NCBI RefSeq assembly: GCF_006345805.1
Contig: NC_043008.1
Location: 69,068,001 to 69,132,000, forward strand
DNA length: 64,000 nucleotides
Direction of reading: 5' to 3'
DNA from: Octopus sinensis
Taxonomy: Eukaryota
Below the pieces are notes generated by a model. It worked only from the letters and a program-made list of their open reading frames with translations. It was not told where the DNA came from and did not search any database. Positions 38,587 to 51,231 of this stretch are shown in pieces (positions within the stretch are counted from its first letter, which is position 1; each line of letters begins with the position of its first letter). A program made the translations under genes and the position numbers.

Positions 38587-39051
38587 TTAAGATATTAGGA
38601 GTGGAGTAGAGAGGGAGAAGAAAGAGAAAAATGTTCTTAGCTTTGTGTCTCGATCATTGTGTGGCAGAATAAAAAATAAAAATGGCCAGCGAACAGGTCG
38701 ATTTGCAAAAGGGACATGAAGGCCTGCAACATCAATATTAGCGGTTGGGAGGCAGTTGCCGGTAACCGTGGAGAATGGCGACGTACCGTAAAAGAGGGAA
38801 TACAAAGGAGTGACAGAGAGAGAGAGGAGAAATGGAAAGAAAGGAAGAGACGTAAACAAGAGACTATGGCACTACAACCAGCCAGGAACAGTCTTCGCTA
38901 AATTTGCGGTACCTGCCAGAGGGAGTGTTTGTCCAGGATAGGACTACACAGCCACAGCAGGAAATGTATCAGGACATGAAATATAAAAGCCGAACTAGAC
39001 TACTTCATGCGCAACTCCATTGTCTCCCGAGACAGAAAGGATGCCAATACC
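38587..39051 (+). mobile_element. RTE 3' fragment, copy 2 (549-bp period)
   Basis: Appears identical to 38038-38502; the track ORFs 38167/38716 and 38038/38587 are identical. Confidence 0.85.
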
Positions 39052-39092
<41 letters not shown>

Positions 39093-39126
39093 TAATAATA
39101 ATAATAATGATGATGATAATAATAAT

Positions 39127-40638
39127 GTGTTGTCTGTTCTGTATTTTATGTAGTTTGTTCTTAGTGCTTGCTCTTGGGCTGCACAGATTAGGGACTTCGT
39201 TTCTGGTTTTAAATCAACTTTAGTTATCCACAGCCATCTTTTTACTGTCTGTTTTATCTTCAACATCCCTATGAATTCGCCCATGCATTCTTTTCTTTAC
39301 CCATCTATTTTCCGTTTTATTCGTTTTCAATTTCTTGTATAGTGCTTTATCTTTGCAATCTTTCATCCTACACAATCCTAATTTTCTTACTTCTAATAAT
39401 AGCGGTTCTGTGGCTGTTTTTACATACCATGTTGTTGTTTTCTTCTGCTCTAATGCTGTGTTCGCACTCAATAAGTCCTCTTCCCCCTCTTTTTCTTGGT
39501 GCATACAGTCTGTCTGTGTCACTTTTTGGGTGGAGTAACCCATATCCAATTAGCAACTTCCTTGTCTTTCTGTCTAAGCTGCTAAGTTCGTCTACTGTCC
39601 ATGTGATTACCCCTGCTCCATATCCAAGGAGTGAAACCGCCCAGGTGTTGATAGCTTCGATCTTATTCCTTCCGTTTAATTCTGACTTCAGGATCAGTCT
39701 CAGTCTGCTTAAATTTATCTTTCATTTCTTTCTCCATTAATTTATCCATTTCCAAAATCCCGAAGTACTTACAGCCCGTCTCTTCTATCTGCTTCATAAT
39801 ACCTCTCTCGACGGTATCGTTAGTCCGTCCATACATTTGATTTTACCTCTCTTGAATACTAACACACCACACTTTCTCAGTCTGAACTCCATTCTGATAT
39901 CAGCACTGAAGGTATACACCATACCAACGAGGGAACTGACTTGCGCTTCATCTTTACCATAAAGTTTGAAGGGAACTAACTTGGGCTTTATCTTTACACT
40001 AAATATCACATATGGTGAAACCGTATGGCATATTACCAGTCAATGTACGCCACTAGCCCAGAAGAAATATAAGAGACACCACGACAATATAGCCAGGGTT
40101 GTCCATTGGACACTTCGCAACAAGTATGGACTTGACAGAGCAAAAGATTGGTCCGACCACAAACCTGAAGGCACCGTTGAAAATAGAAATGCAAAGCCCC
40201 TATGGGATTTTATGATTCAGTGCGACCATTAGATTGAGAATAGGAAGCCAGACATAGTCTTAATTGAGAAAGGAAACAAACTATGCTGTATCATAGACAT
40301 AGCATGTCCAGCTGAAAACAAGGTATGCGATAAGGAAGAAAGAAAAGTCAAGATATATGACAAGTTAGCTTGGGAAGTTAAGCAGTTGTGGTCGATGAAA
40401 AAGGTAGCAGTAGTACCAATAATTGTCGGAGCCCTGGGAACTGTGAGCAAAAATCTCGAGTAGTACATGGACAAATAGGGGTTGCAATAAGGGTGGAGCA
40501 CTTGCAAAAAACAGCACTGCTTGGAACCGCTTTAATACTCCGGAAGGTGCTCGAAAAATAAGAGGTGTTACCTAAGTTCACTGGGAGTGAACAGTTGCGA
40601 CTGTAGTACATCTCCAGCGTTAGAAGCTGTGCAAAGGC

Positions 40639-40640
<2 letters not shown>
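39127..40640 (+). mobile_element. R4/Dong-type LINE with inverted 5' segment, inserted in (TAA)n
   Basis: 39127-~39968 minus: KLYGKDE...KYFGILE...HPKSDTDRLY.PRKRGGRGL...AQEQALRTNYIK. ~40011-40640 plus: GETVWHITSQC...RKPDIVL...IDIACP...PIIVGALGTV, then 3'UTR and (AAT)n. Confidence 0.9.
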
Positions 40641-40675
<35 letters not shown>

Positions 40676-40972
40676 TAATAATAATAATAATAACGAGGAG
40701 GATTTCTAAGATAAGTACATGTACATATGTATTGGTGTATCTGTGGCCTCTGGTGTATGTATGAATATGAGTAAACATATTTCATATATAGGTTGGTAGA
40801 AGAGCTGAGATTGTGTCTGACAAAACTGCGAAGTCACTATCGTTAAAAAAATCCCCACTAAACTATTCATAATTTTTTTATACACATAATGATAATCGTC
40901 TTTATGCTTGCAGAGATTTCTTTTCACAGTACAGAATGCCTCTGTATGTCCGTGCGCATGTGTGTATGTGTG

Positions 40973-41012
<40 letters not shown>

Positions 41013-41290
41013 TATATGTGTTTACATGTTCATGTATGTATATACAGACGCACACATACATATGGGTATGTGGCTTTATGCGTGTGAGTGTGAGTGAATG
41101 TGGTTGTCACCTTCCGAACGTCTCCAGTTAATGATGGTAGATCGTGGTTTCAGTCTGGTCATTGGTTTCTACTATTACAATATAAGACACAATAGATAAC
41201 AATCACAACCGTTGCCAGTTGATAAGAATCAACTTTTATAATTCTATTTCTGCAACACATAACATTCTTGTCTGCTCATTTCTGATTCTA

Positions 41291-41483
<193 letters not shown>

Positions 41484-41887
41484 CACAAGCATATTTCTCT
41501 TTCTCTCTCCTTTCTCTCAGACACATTCTCTTCTCCTTTATCTCTCTATATATGAACTATAATCACTTGTACATACATATGCATATATATATATATATAT
41601 TGTATATATATATGCATATATATATGTATGTATATACATATATATATATATATACACATATATATTGTATATACATATGCATATATATATGTATGTATAT
41701 ACATATATATATATATATGTATATACATATTTATATATATATATATATACATATATATACATATACGTATTTATGTATATACATATATATATATATACAC
41801 ACATACATATACATAAATATATAGATATGCATGCATATAGATTTACATATGTGCATACAATCGTATATATGTATATCTATGTATATA

Positions 41888-41937
<50 letters not shown>

Positions 41938-42640
41938 CATATATATACACACATATGTATGTATGGTTAAATACATACACGCACGCGATTATGAATGATA
42001 TTACATAGAGATACACACGCATACATAAACATCCACATGAACACACGCGCCCGCGCACACACATACATGCACACACACATGCACACACCCGCACGCACAC
42101 ACACACACACACGCATACACACACATATATATGGATGAATGATAAATAGAAATATTGAATTACACAAAAGCCAGCCGAGGAACGCTGCCAAGTTAACAAA
42201 AGCAATAACTTTGCGAACAATGAATACAAATATAAAAAAAAAACAACAACAATAAAAAAGTCAGAAACAAAGCAAAAACAACAACAACAACAACAACAAA
42301 ACAATAACCAAACAGTATAACGACAAATCAACGAAGAATCAACAGCAAAAAAAAACCCCTCAAAACTCCTGAAAATATGAACATATAAAAACACTTTTGA
42401 TTTTCTCCTATATTTGGAATTACTACAGACTATTTAGTTTTCTAATTTTGTACGACAAACAAGAAATAAAACTATAATGATGGACGACACAAAGTAAACA
42501 TTCTTTCTGGTTTAAATGGGAAAATGTTCAAATGACCTCCCGTTGTCTTAACTGTCCACCTTGTAATGTACGTGTGGGTATATTCGTGTGTATATGTGTA
42601 TGTGTCTGTGCGCATATATATGTATATATATGCATATATA

Positions 42641-42722
<82 letters not shown>

Positions 42723-42790
42723 CACACATATATACACACATATATATATATGTATGTAGATACAAAATTATATATACGTCTCTATCTATA

Positions 42791-42828
<38 letters not shown>

Positions 42829-42873
42829 AATACATATATATGTATGCATGTATATATTATATATACATATATT

Positions 42874-44096
42874 TATTACATTGGAAAAAAGCCCTGTCGT
42901 ATTTTTGACATGATCACTTTCAGAGTAATGTTTCATTACTTACGGTAGAATAAATATGTATTTTACATTCTAAAGTATTTTTCTGAAGTATTCCCCACCT
43001 TTTTTGCAGATTACTTTATACTATAATGGTTAAATTCGTATGAATTTTACCCTTTTAAAATACATTTAGATCAGACTAATATCAGACACTGTATGCTTTT
43101 TGAATTCTGTAGTGACTCTTTAGCAATGGAAACGGCGAGGAAGATTCGCTCTCTATGGAAATGAAGCTTTAAGTTTCAGGACATGCTATCGTTGGATTGC
43201 ATAGTTTCACGTGAGAAATGTTTCACTCGCCCAAGTTCCCTCAGACTTCTGAAAAGCGTAGTTGAGGAAAATCCATAGTCACTTGAAATAGTTTGTAGTT
43301 CAAGTCACACTTCGATCATAAAGCATCTTCAATAAACTAGGAAAAGTGGAAACGTATTCAGACTTGGTCAGTCGGTCGTTGACCATGTGATTGATCCTCA
43401 GCTCAATTAAATAATTGTTCTCTACATTCCTGGATACAAACATCGCGAGTGATGAAAAGTGAGTTCTCTACAAACAACATTGGATGAAAACGATAACGGT
43501 TAGCACCCAACGAAAGAGAAGAATCCATTTTCAAACCAGGACTACACGCGAAGAAATTATACTCTGAGTTTTCTGGAATATGAAGGGTGAGGTCTACTGT
43601 GAAGTGTTAAAACAAAACGAAACAGTTAATGCGGTGTATTGTCGTCAATTTGAAGCATTGCACAAAATGTTGCAGAAAAGACATCCATCATCTGTCAATC
43701 GTATGGAAGTTTTTCACTTATATGTTAATGCAAGGCATATTGCTCAAATCATTTACGGAAAGATTATGTTACTAAATATGGTAGTTTTGCCTCATCCTCC
43801 TTACTTTCCAATCATTGTTCCATCTGATTCTCATCTTTTGAAATCATTCGACGTTACTTACAAGCAAGGCGGTATATTAATTGTAAGAAGATTAAGAATT
43901 GTCTTGAGGGTTTTTTTTTTATTTCAAAAACTGAAGAATTGTACGGCCGAGGGATCAACAATTTACCAAAAAGATGGGATTATATTATCAATAACGAAGG
44001 GAAATATATTATCTTGATTAGATATATTAAGGGCATTAAGAAAAAAGAAGCATTTTTTGTTTCATTTTGAAACGTTACAGGGCTTTCTTTCCAACT

Positions 44097-44100
<4 letters not shown>
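42874..44100 (+). mobile_element. Decayed full-length mariner (Tc1/mariner) transposon with TIRs
   Basis: IASDEK*VLY, KPGLHAKK, VNARH, VLPHPPYFPIIVPSDSHL. TIRs tattacattggaaaaaagccctgt (42874-42897) and acagggctttctttccaacttaat (44077-44100). The ~1.23 kb length fits mariner. Confidence 0.88.
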
Positions 44101-44177
<77 letters not shown>

Positions 44178-44236
44178 TATATATATATGTATATACATAT
44201 ATATATGCATATACACCTATGTCTGTATATATATAT

Positions 44237-44848
44237 GATGGCCGTCCACTCGGTCACGAGGAAGACCATTGCCGACCTTCAGGAACATTGTGCGCTCTAG
44301 GACTAACTTATATTTTGCATTTGCGGCTCCATTGGTGGCTAATGAGCCCTGCTCTTGACAAGCAAACACGACTGCAAACATTGCAGACCAAGCTTTCCCC
44401 ATTCACTATACGAGCCGTGCGCTTTCTCGCAGCTCGCTTAAGTTCATCATGCTGGATACTTGCTCTCTCAAAAGTGTCAATCCCCTCCTTAACCTGCTTC
44501 CTCCATCTGTGGCGATGACAGGCATTGTTCTCCCAGTCAGTGTCCTGCATATCAAATATATATCCATATATAGAACCAGCTATCTGGGTTGAAGGAACAA
44601 TTCTGAAGGTAGTAGACAAGTTTGTCTACCTGGGCAGCACACTCAGCCGTTCTTGCTCCCTGGATGAGGAAATATCTTTCAGGTTGCAGAGAGCAACTAA
44701 TTCCTTCCGGTCTCTTCAGTCTCGTGTCTGGTCCCAACATGGCATCGCAAGGAGAACAATAGTTGCTGTGTACTGACATCGCTTCTCTACTCATGTGAGA
44801 CATGGACTCTGTACAAACGTCAGGTAAGGGTCCTTGAACGTTTTCATC

Positions 44849-44850
<2 letters not shown>
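44237..44850 (-). mobile_element. RTE-clade LINE fragment with inverted 5' segment
   Basis: 44237-~44553 minus: DWENNACHRHRWRK..EG...CNVCSRVCLSRAGLISH plus 3'UTR. ~44565-44850 plus: VDKFVYLGSTLS...VLTSLLYSCETWTLY...LERFHQ. Confidence 0.85.
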
Positions 44851-44889
<39 letters not shown>

Positions 44890-45477
44890 TATATACATAT
44901 ACAAGCATTATATATATAATACACACACTTATATAAGTATATATATATATATATATATGCCTGCATTTATGTATATTTGTATGTATGTATATATGTGTGT
45001 GTTTGTGTGTGTATGCGTGTCTGTGTCTGTCTGTCTGTCTGTTTGTCTGTGTATAATAACACAAATGTACTGGGGTCCACTAAAGCTGTTGCAGACGTGT
45101 TTTCTATTGATGAACAAACCGATTACATCATGTAATTCTTTTGCTGCATTAAAATTAAAATCCAAAATTTAATATTTAGGAGTTTTGGCACAAAAAGGTG
45201 AAAATGCGTTTTGACTATCTCACCACGACACTGGGAACCGTGGACTTCAGTCCGGAGTATACTCTTGTGTGATTTTACGTATACGTTGAGTGTATTTAGT
45301 CTGTACATGTGGCTGTATGCGTAACTGAAAGGCCCAAACCGTACATACTCTAGTAAATACGTACGTGTCCATACACATTGTTGATACACGGATATGCTGT
45401 TCTTGACTCTTCCTTGGAGTCCTTATATGTGTGTGCGTGTGTGTATATATATATATATATATAATATATATATATAT

Positions 45478-45519
<42 letters not shown>

Positions 45520-46636
45520 AAGAGAGAGTATGTGTCGTGGAAGTTATAGTGTCGGGATATGAGTTTGCGTATATTATATGTTGTTCTACTTGTGTATTTT
45601 TCTATTTGTGTAGCGGCAATAACGTAGAATGTGTGGGGTACAGGTTGTGTTATTGTATGGAAGGCGTGCAGAAGAGATAATGCAGAATAAGCGGGAAGCT
45701 GGTTGTTTCGTAGTATAGCGAAGTGAATGAACAGAACATATATTGTGTAGATTGTAATATTCTGTAAGGATTGAATGCTCATTAAATAGAATTTCGGTCT
45801 GGAAGTGATTTACATAGTTTGTGTATAAAGGTTTAAACCCTGGCATAATTGTTATCTTCCAGCCTTGGTTCGTTATTATCATACCTACTGCGTTTTATTA
45901 ATGCAGGTTGTTATTTTCGTTTCAACTTATTTCTATTTTTAAGTTCTTGTACATTGACAGCTGTTTTTCTCCCTTCCAAGAAATGTTTTTGATCTGAAGA
46001 AATCGGATTACAATGTCGACTGGAGTACAGAGGTATCCGTTTCAGTCTTTTGTTGCTGATAAGATCCCTTCAATCTTCTTGTCAGTTAGTGTAGTCATGT
46101 CTCAAAGCACCGTATTTGCACCATTGTCACATACCGGATATCCTACCTAACCGTACAACTTATTAAACTTATTTACAGCTTTCATGTTAAAATAGAGTTT
46201 ATATACTACATATTTTCCAATCGATACCGCTACATACTCAGCCATATCTTTGAAAATATTCTGTCATTACGAAGACTGTCCAATCAGAAATGTAATCACT
46301 TGTTTCTAAACGTTGATTATACAATCCGCAATTTTTGTTGACTTTTTTTTTATTTATTTTGGAAGAAATTTGTGTCTGGGCATTGATCTGTGCAGCTAAA
46401 AGTAGACCTATCATTTCTGTCTTTAGTTTGGAGCCTTTAAGACATTCTTAATTCTGAGATTGGCTCACTTCCTCTCTGTTCAAGCCAGTAAAAATATTGA
46501 CAATCAAAGAAGTTTTTCTATCAATTTTTTTCTGTAGTATTTCTTGCAGTTTTGCTTTGATTATGACTTTTTGATTACTTTTCACTTATCTATGGCTTCT
46601 GCTTCTGTAAATATTTAAACAATTAGTTCGTGCTTT

Positions 46637-46696
<60 letters not shown>

Positions 46697-46989
46697 CACA
46701 CACACACACATGAATGTAGACATACATATATTTAATAACATCTTGATCTCTTGATCTGAACAGTCTACATCTGTGTGTTTCTAAGTATGTTAATAGATCC
46801 TTCTTCGCCAATTTGAAATATTTCTATCAAACCCATTCTACATCCTTCTGTACGATGTATATATCTCTTACCTCTATCAGCTTTAAGGTGGTAAGTTCGA
46901 AATGCGACAGACGTTTTCTGGTTTCAGTATAGCTTCCTTTTACGTAATGTACAATTTCTTACTTAAAACACGATGACTGGTGCATTTAT

Positions 46990-47570
46990 ATCTACAATTT
47001 TGCTTCTACTGTTGAATTCCGTATTCATGTCGTGTCCCACTTATCTACTCGTATGTCTTTATTTTTTCTTGTCAAAGTTTGTATACATCTTTTCCAAGAC
47101 GAGAAATCAAAAATGATAAGGTTAATTGTTTTTTTCCTCAACATCTACACATTCTCCAGGTACTGTATTCAGTTTCATTTCATCGTTTTGTTAGACGCGC
47201 GCATAAAAGTTTCGACCTTTTATAAGCAATATAAAGATCCTTCACTTTCACTTTTGAGTCCAGCGATTCTCAGTCATTACTGAAGTGTTTTCTTCTCTAT
47301 CCTCTCTCTTGTTTTACTCACTGAGTATTCGGCCATGAAGAGTTATCTTTGCATCGCTTCAGCATCATATCTTTAGCGTACACCTTTATTTCTAACAATC
47401 TGTTGTTTTTTTTCACTTTTCTCCATACGAATATCTGTAATTTCAGCCTCTGTCTTGTATTTTTTGGCTCGAAACCGTTTAATTCGTGTTTCATATCTAT
47501 TTGAATTCATTTCCCATTCTTCTTTACTAGATAGTTCTCTGGTCCTTTAGTCGATATTTTATAACAACGT
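46990..47570 (-). mobile_element. Very old R4/Dong-like LINE remnant
   Basis: Broken frames give KITLHGRIL, KTLQ**LRIAGLKSESEG and EKTINLII...DKVGH, in the order expected for Dong ORFs. Confidence 0.4.
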
Positions 47571-47579
47571 TCTTGTTGG

Positions 47580-47780
47580 CGAAGGTGCGTGGCCTAGCTG
47601 TGAAGGTGGTTTCAGTCCAGGAATGAGCGGTGCGTTTTGCTTTTGAGCAAAGCACTTCATCTCACGTTGCTCCAGTTCAATCTGCAGTATATGAGTTCCA
47701 GAAAGCTCTGAGGTTAACTGTGCGACGGAGTGTCGTCCTATTCAGGAAGGGTGGGTGTTATAATCTTCGACCTTATAAAT
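47580..47780 (+). mobile_element. Degenerate SINE family C
   Basis: gaaggtgcgtggcctag...ttgagcaaagcacttcatctcacgttgctccagttca...tgcgacggagtgtcgtcctattcagg. Confidence 0.65.
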
Positions 47781-50679
47781 ACTAACGCTCATGATAGACT
47801 TATATCTAAGTTCTAGATGATGAAAAACTCTATCAACCCCTTGTTAAATATTACCTTTCTGTTTCGGATTTTGTGTGGTGCATTCTAAATGCAGCCATTA
47901 TCTTTCTTCTTTCCTTGACTATTCTTGATAATTCCCTTACTGTCCAATTGTAGCTATAACTTATTAGAGGGAGAGCTAGAATTTTGATTTCTGTTACCTT
48001 ATTTTCTTTTAACATTTAGCTCTGTTCTAAAAACGCATTTATAATATACATTATTAACATGTATTTTCGTTGTGTGTGCTTGTAGGTTTGTGTTTAATCT
48101 TTTTCCTTCACCTTTTTTTATCGTTATCTAACTACAACGTATTAGCATTTGAATTAATTTTTCCCCTGATTTCAAGGCTTTCTTGTGCATTTTTATCCTG
48201 ATTCCATATGAATTCTTAAAGTAAATTTGTGTATAGTCTATGGTGGTGTTTCTAGTAATTTATCATCTACATCATGCTACTTGAGTTAGTCCATTTGCAC
48301 CAGTTGGTTTATGGTCTTATCATAGCATTCTTATCCTAGTCCAGTCGCATTTAACGTGTACGTTAACTGAGTTAACGTCAAGCTGAAAAGGAATCTAGTG
48401 AGGAAGTGCACTTGTAATATTTTCATTCTTCAAATGTTGGTACATATTCTTATAATCCCCTCTTTATATGTATCAAAAGATTTACTGATAATACGTATTT
48501 TAGTGGTTAAGTCAGTGGAAGACTAGCAGCGTCCGTGATACACTTTTGAGTTACCGAATCAGGTGACAAAACGTTATCTTGAAACCGGTGATCTTGCTCG
48601 GATGTTTACAAGGAGGATTCTGTTAGTCTCTCAAAAGCCAGATAATGGTGTTAAACTGATATACCTTGCTATTAGTGTTACTTTATTCGTGACAAATGTT
48701 TACAGGACCCAAATATCAGACTCTCAAAAAACTTTTGATGTTAAACCAATACGATGTATAGACACAACTTTCTCCTTATACAGTCTTATGCCAATGTTCT
48801 ATTGATAAGTAAATTTTACAAAAAGCTGATCGTTTGAAATATTAGCTGTGCTTTCCTGGAAAGTAGTGGGTTTTTTTTTCGTAGGTAGCTGTTGACCCAC
48901 TTTGAAATTTTTGCAGTTAAGGCTTTTTAAACCCAAGACAGGCAGGTCAAAGATTTATAGTTATTAGAATTTGCTGTTTTTTTATGTCTTGGAGAGTATG
49001 TACGCTCCTCAGTGAGTCACTTAGATTATTTCCACCTCATTCAAATAGCTGATCCAATAATTTTTAACTAATAGTAGGGGTTTACATAACTATTTTGTAT
49101 CGTTTATTTGTTCACTCATTTGTAGCGTCTATGCTAATTCAAGAATTAATATGCGAATTAATATGTTCTCATATGACTCTTAAGATGCTGAGCTTGTTTG
49201 GAACATTCTTGTGCTATGAGCGTTGAATTTCCTTGTCCCCCGACCCATGAACTATTCTACTTCTATTGCAGATGGTGCTGCATTGATTTCTAATTTTACA
49301 GACTTCTTAAAATTCACTTTGGATTGAAATTGAAATCTTTCACTTCTAAAGATTCGCAGAAGTCTCATGGTTAGATTTTGAGTTATTTGTTTCTTCTCTT
49401 CTTTCCAATTGTGATGTTTCGTTACCGATTCCATTAAAAATTCAATGATGTCTTCTTTTATCATCCCTCTTTCTCTATCGTTGCTTGAGAAGTTGTTCGC
49501 TTGTGTTTTAATGCAAGTTAAGATGGTGGATAGGCAGAAGCATAAGAGCATCGGATAAAATAGCTTACAGTATTAATCGTGGGGTTCTGTGTTCAAATTC
49601 TGCCCCGTCATTTTTTTCTGGTGTCGTTTAAAAAAATAAACAGTTAAAAAATGGAGTCGATTTAAGCGATTAACATTCCTCTCTAAATTACTGACCTTGT
49701 GCTTGAATAAGAAACGTTTTTACTATACGAACACACTCGCCGAAGACCCAATTTCGTTTGTAACTACGCTGGCATACGTATATGTTATCTGATTTCTCTT
49801 GGTTATATTGATGTTCATGTCTGTTTTTATACAACTAATGATGGTCACGTTTATGTTCATTTTATTGTTGATACTATTTAATCATGAACTTTTATTCTTC
49901 ACAGAAGTATTTCCTCGGTTCATAGAAAGATCTATTGATTTTAATTCTTTCCGTCTTTAGGTTATTGTTAGATTTATGATTTCTACATTCAGAATATCCT
50001 ATTCTTAAATCTTTCTCATATTCCTTTCTATTTATATATATTTTCACTTGTGTTCTGGTTTGGTTTTTGTTATTCAGTGAATTATAGTAGTTAACGTTCT
50101 CATTTAATTATTTTTCGATTTTATTTTGTTTTGCAGGTGTTAAGTTTTTCTATGTACTTTTAAATATTTTCAATAATTCTATCTTCTATAATTTTTAGTA
50201 ACATTGCTTGCATATATATATTTATGCTTTCATGTAACATACGTATACTAGAACATACATACGTGTCTATGTATGTAGGTGCTAAACGGCTTCAAGTAGA
50301 TGTGTGCGGCTTTCTAGCAGCACTTCGTTCGACTTTCTGGGGACGGCAATGGGTCCAACGTAGTGGACTTTATTTAGTTCGTACCTGGGCGGCCTGTCAC
50401 GGCTCTCCGTAATAGAGGCGAGTTTCGGCAAGAAGCCGGTAACGACTGCTGACCTACGGGGGACGATGAGCAGTTGCATAAGGCACAAATGGAACGTTTC
50501 GGATAGTCTGCCATACGAATTCCGGTCTTACCGAGAAGTAGGGAAGTTGTCCTTGAAGGGAATTAATGGTGGAGAAAAGTGACGACGTTCTCGGGGGAAA
50601 CCCTGGTTGTCGGCTTAAACAAACTAGCTAGTCTCTCAGATCGAGTCTACAACGTGTAACGTCCAAAATTTCTTGACAA

Positions 50680-50833
50680 CAGGTGTTGGTTTGTTTACAT
50701 CTTCGATTCGGCAATGAGAGCCTGATAGAAAAAGTACCAGGCTTTAGAATCAGTACTGGATTCAATTTGTTCGATAAACCCATAGAGGCGACGGCCACAG
50801 TTTGATAAATGAAACAAGTAAAAGATAAAAGAT
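50680..50833 (+). mobile_element. SINE family B 3' half
   Basis: ggtgttggtttgtttac...ttcggcaatgagag...aagtaccaggc...ggccacag...gaaacaagtaaaagataaaagata. Confidence 0.65.
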
Positions 50834-50844
50834 ATGTACTCAGA

Positions 50845-51010
50845 GATAGATAGTTAGATAGATAGATAGGTAGATGAATAGAGAGATAGATAGATAGGTA
50901 GATAAATAGATAAATAAATAGAGGGAGAGGGATAGCGAGATATATAGATAGGTAGATAGAAAGAGAGACAGAGATATAGAAACAGAGAGAGAGAGAGGGA
51001 GAGAGAGAAT

Positions 51011-51069
<59 letters not shown>

Positions 51070-51070
51070 A
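50845..51070. repeat. (GATA)n/(GA)n purine-rich array
   Basis: Seen directly. Confidence 0.95.
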
Positions 51071-51175
51071 TGATATTTCAAGTGTAGCTAGCAACGTGTA
51101 AATTGTTTCATCCTGAAATACGTAAACCTATATAAAGAATTTTAAGTCACTGTGTGTGTGTGTACTTGTATGTAT

Positions 51176-51231
<56 letters not shown>

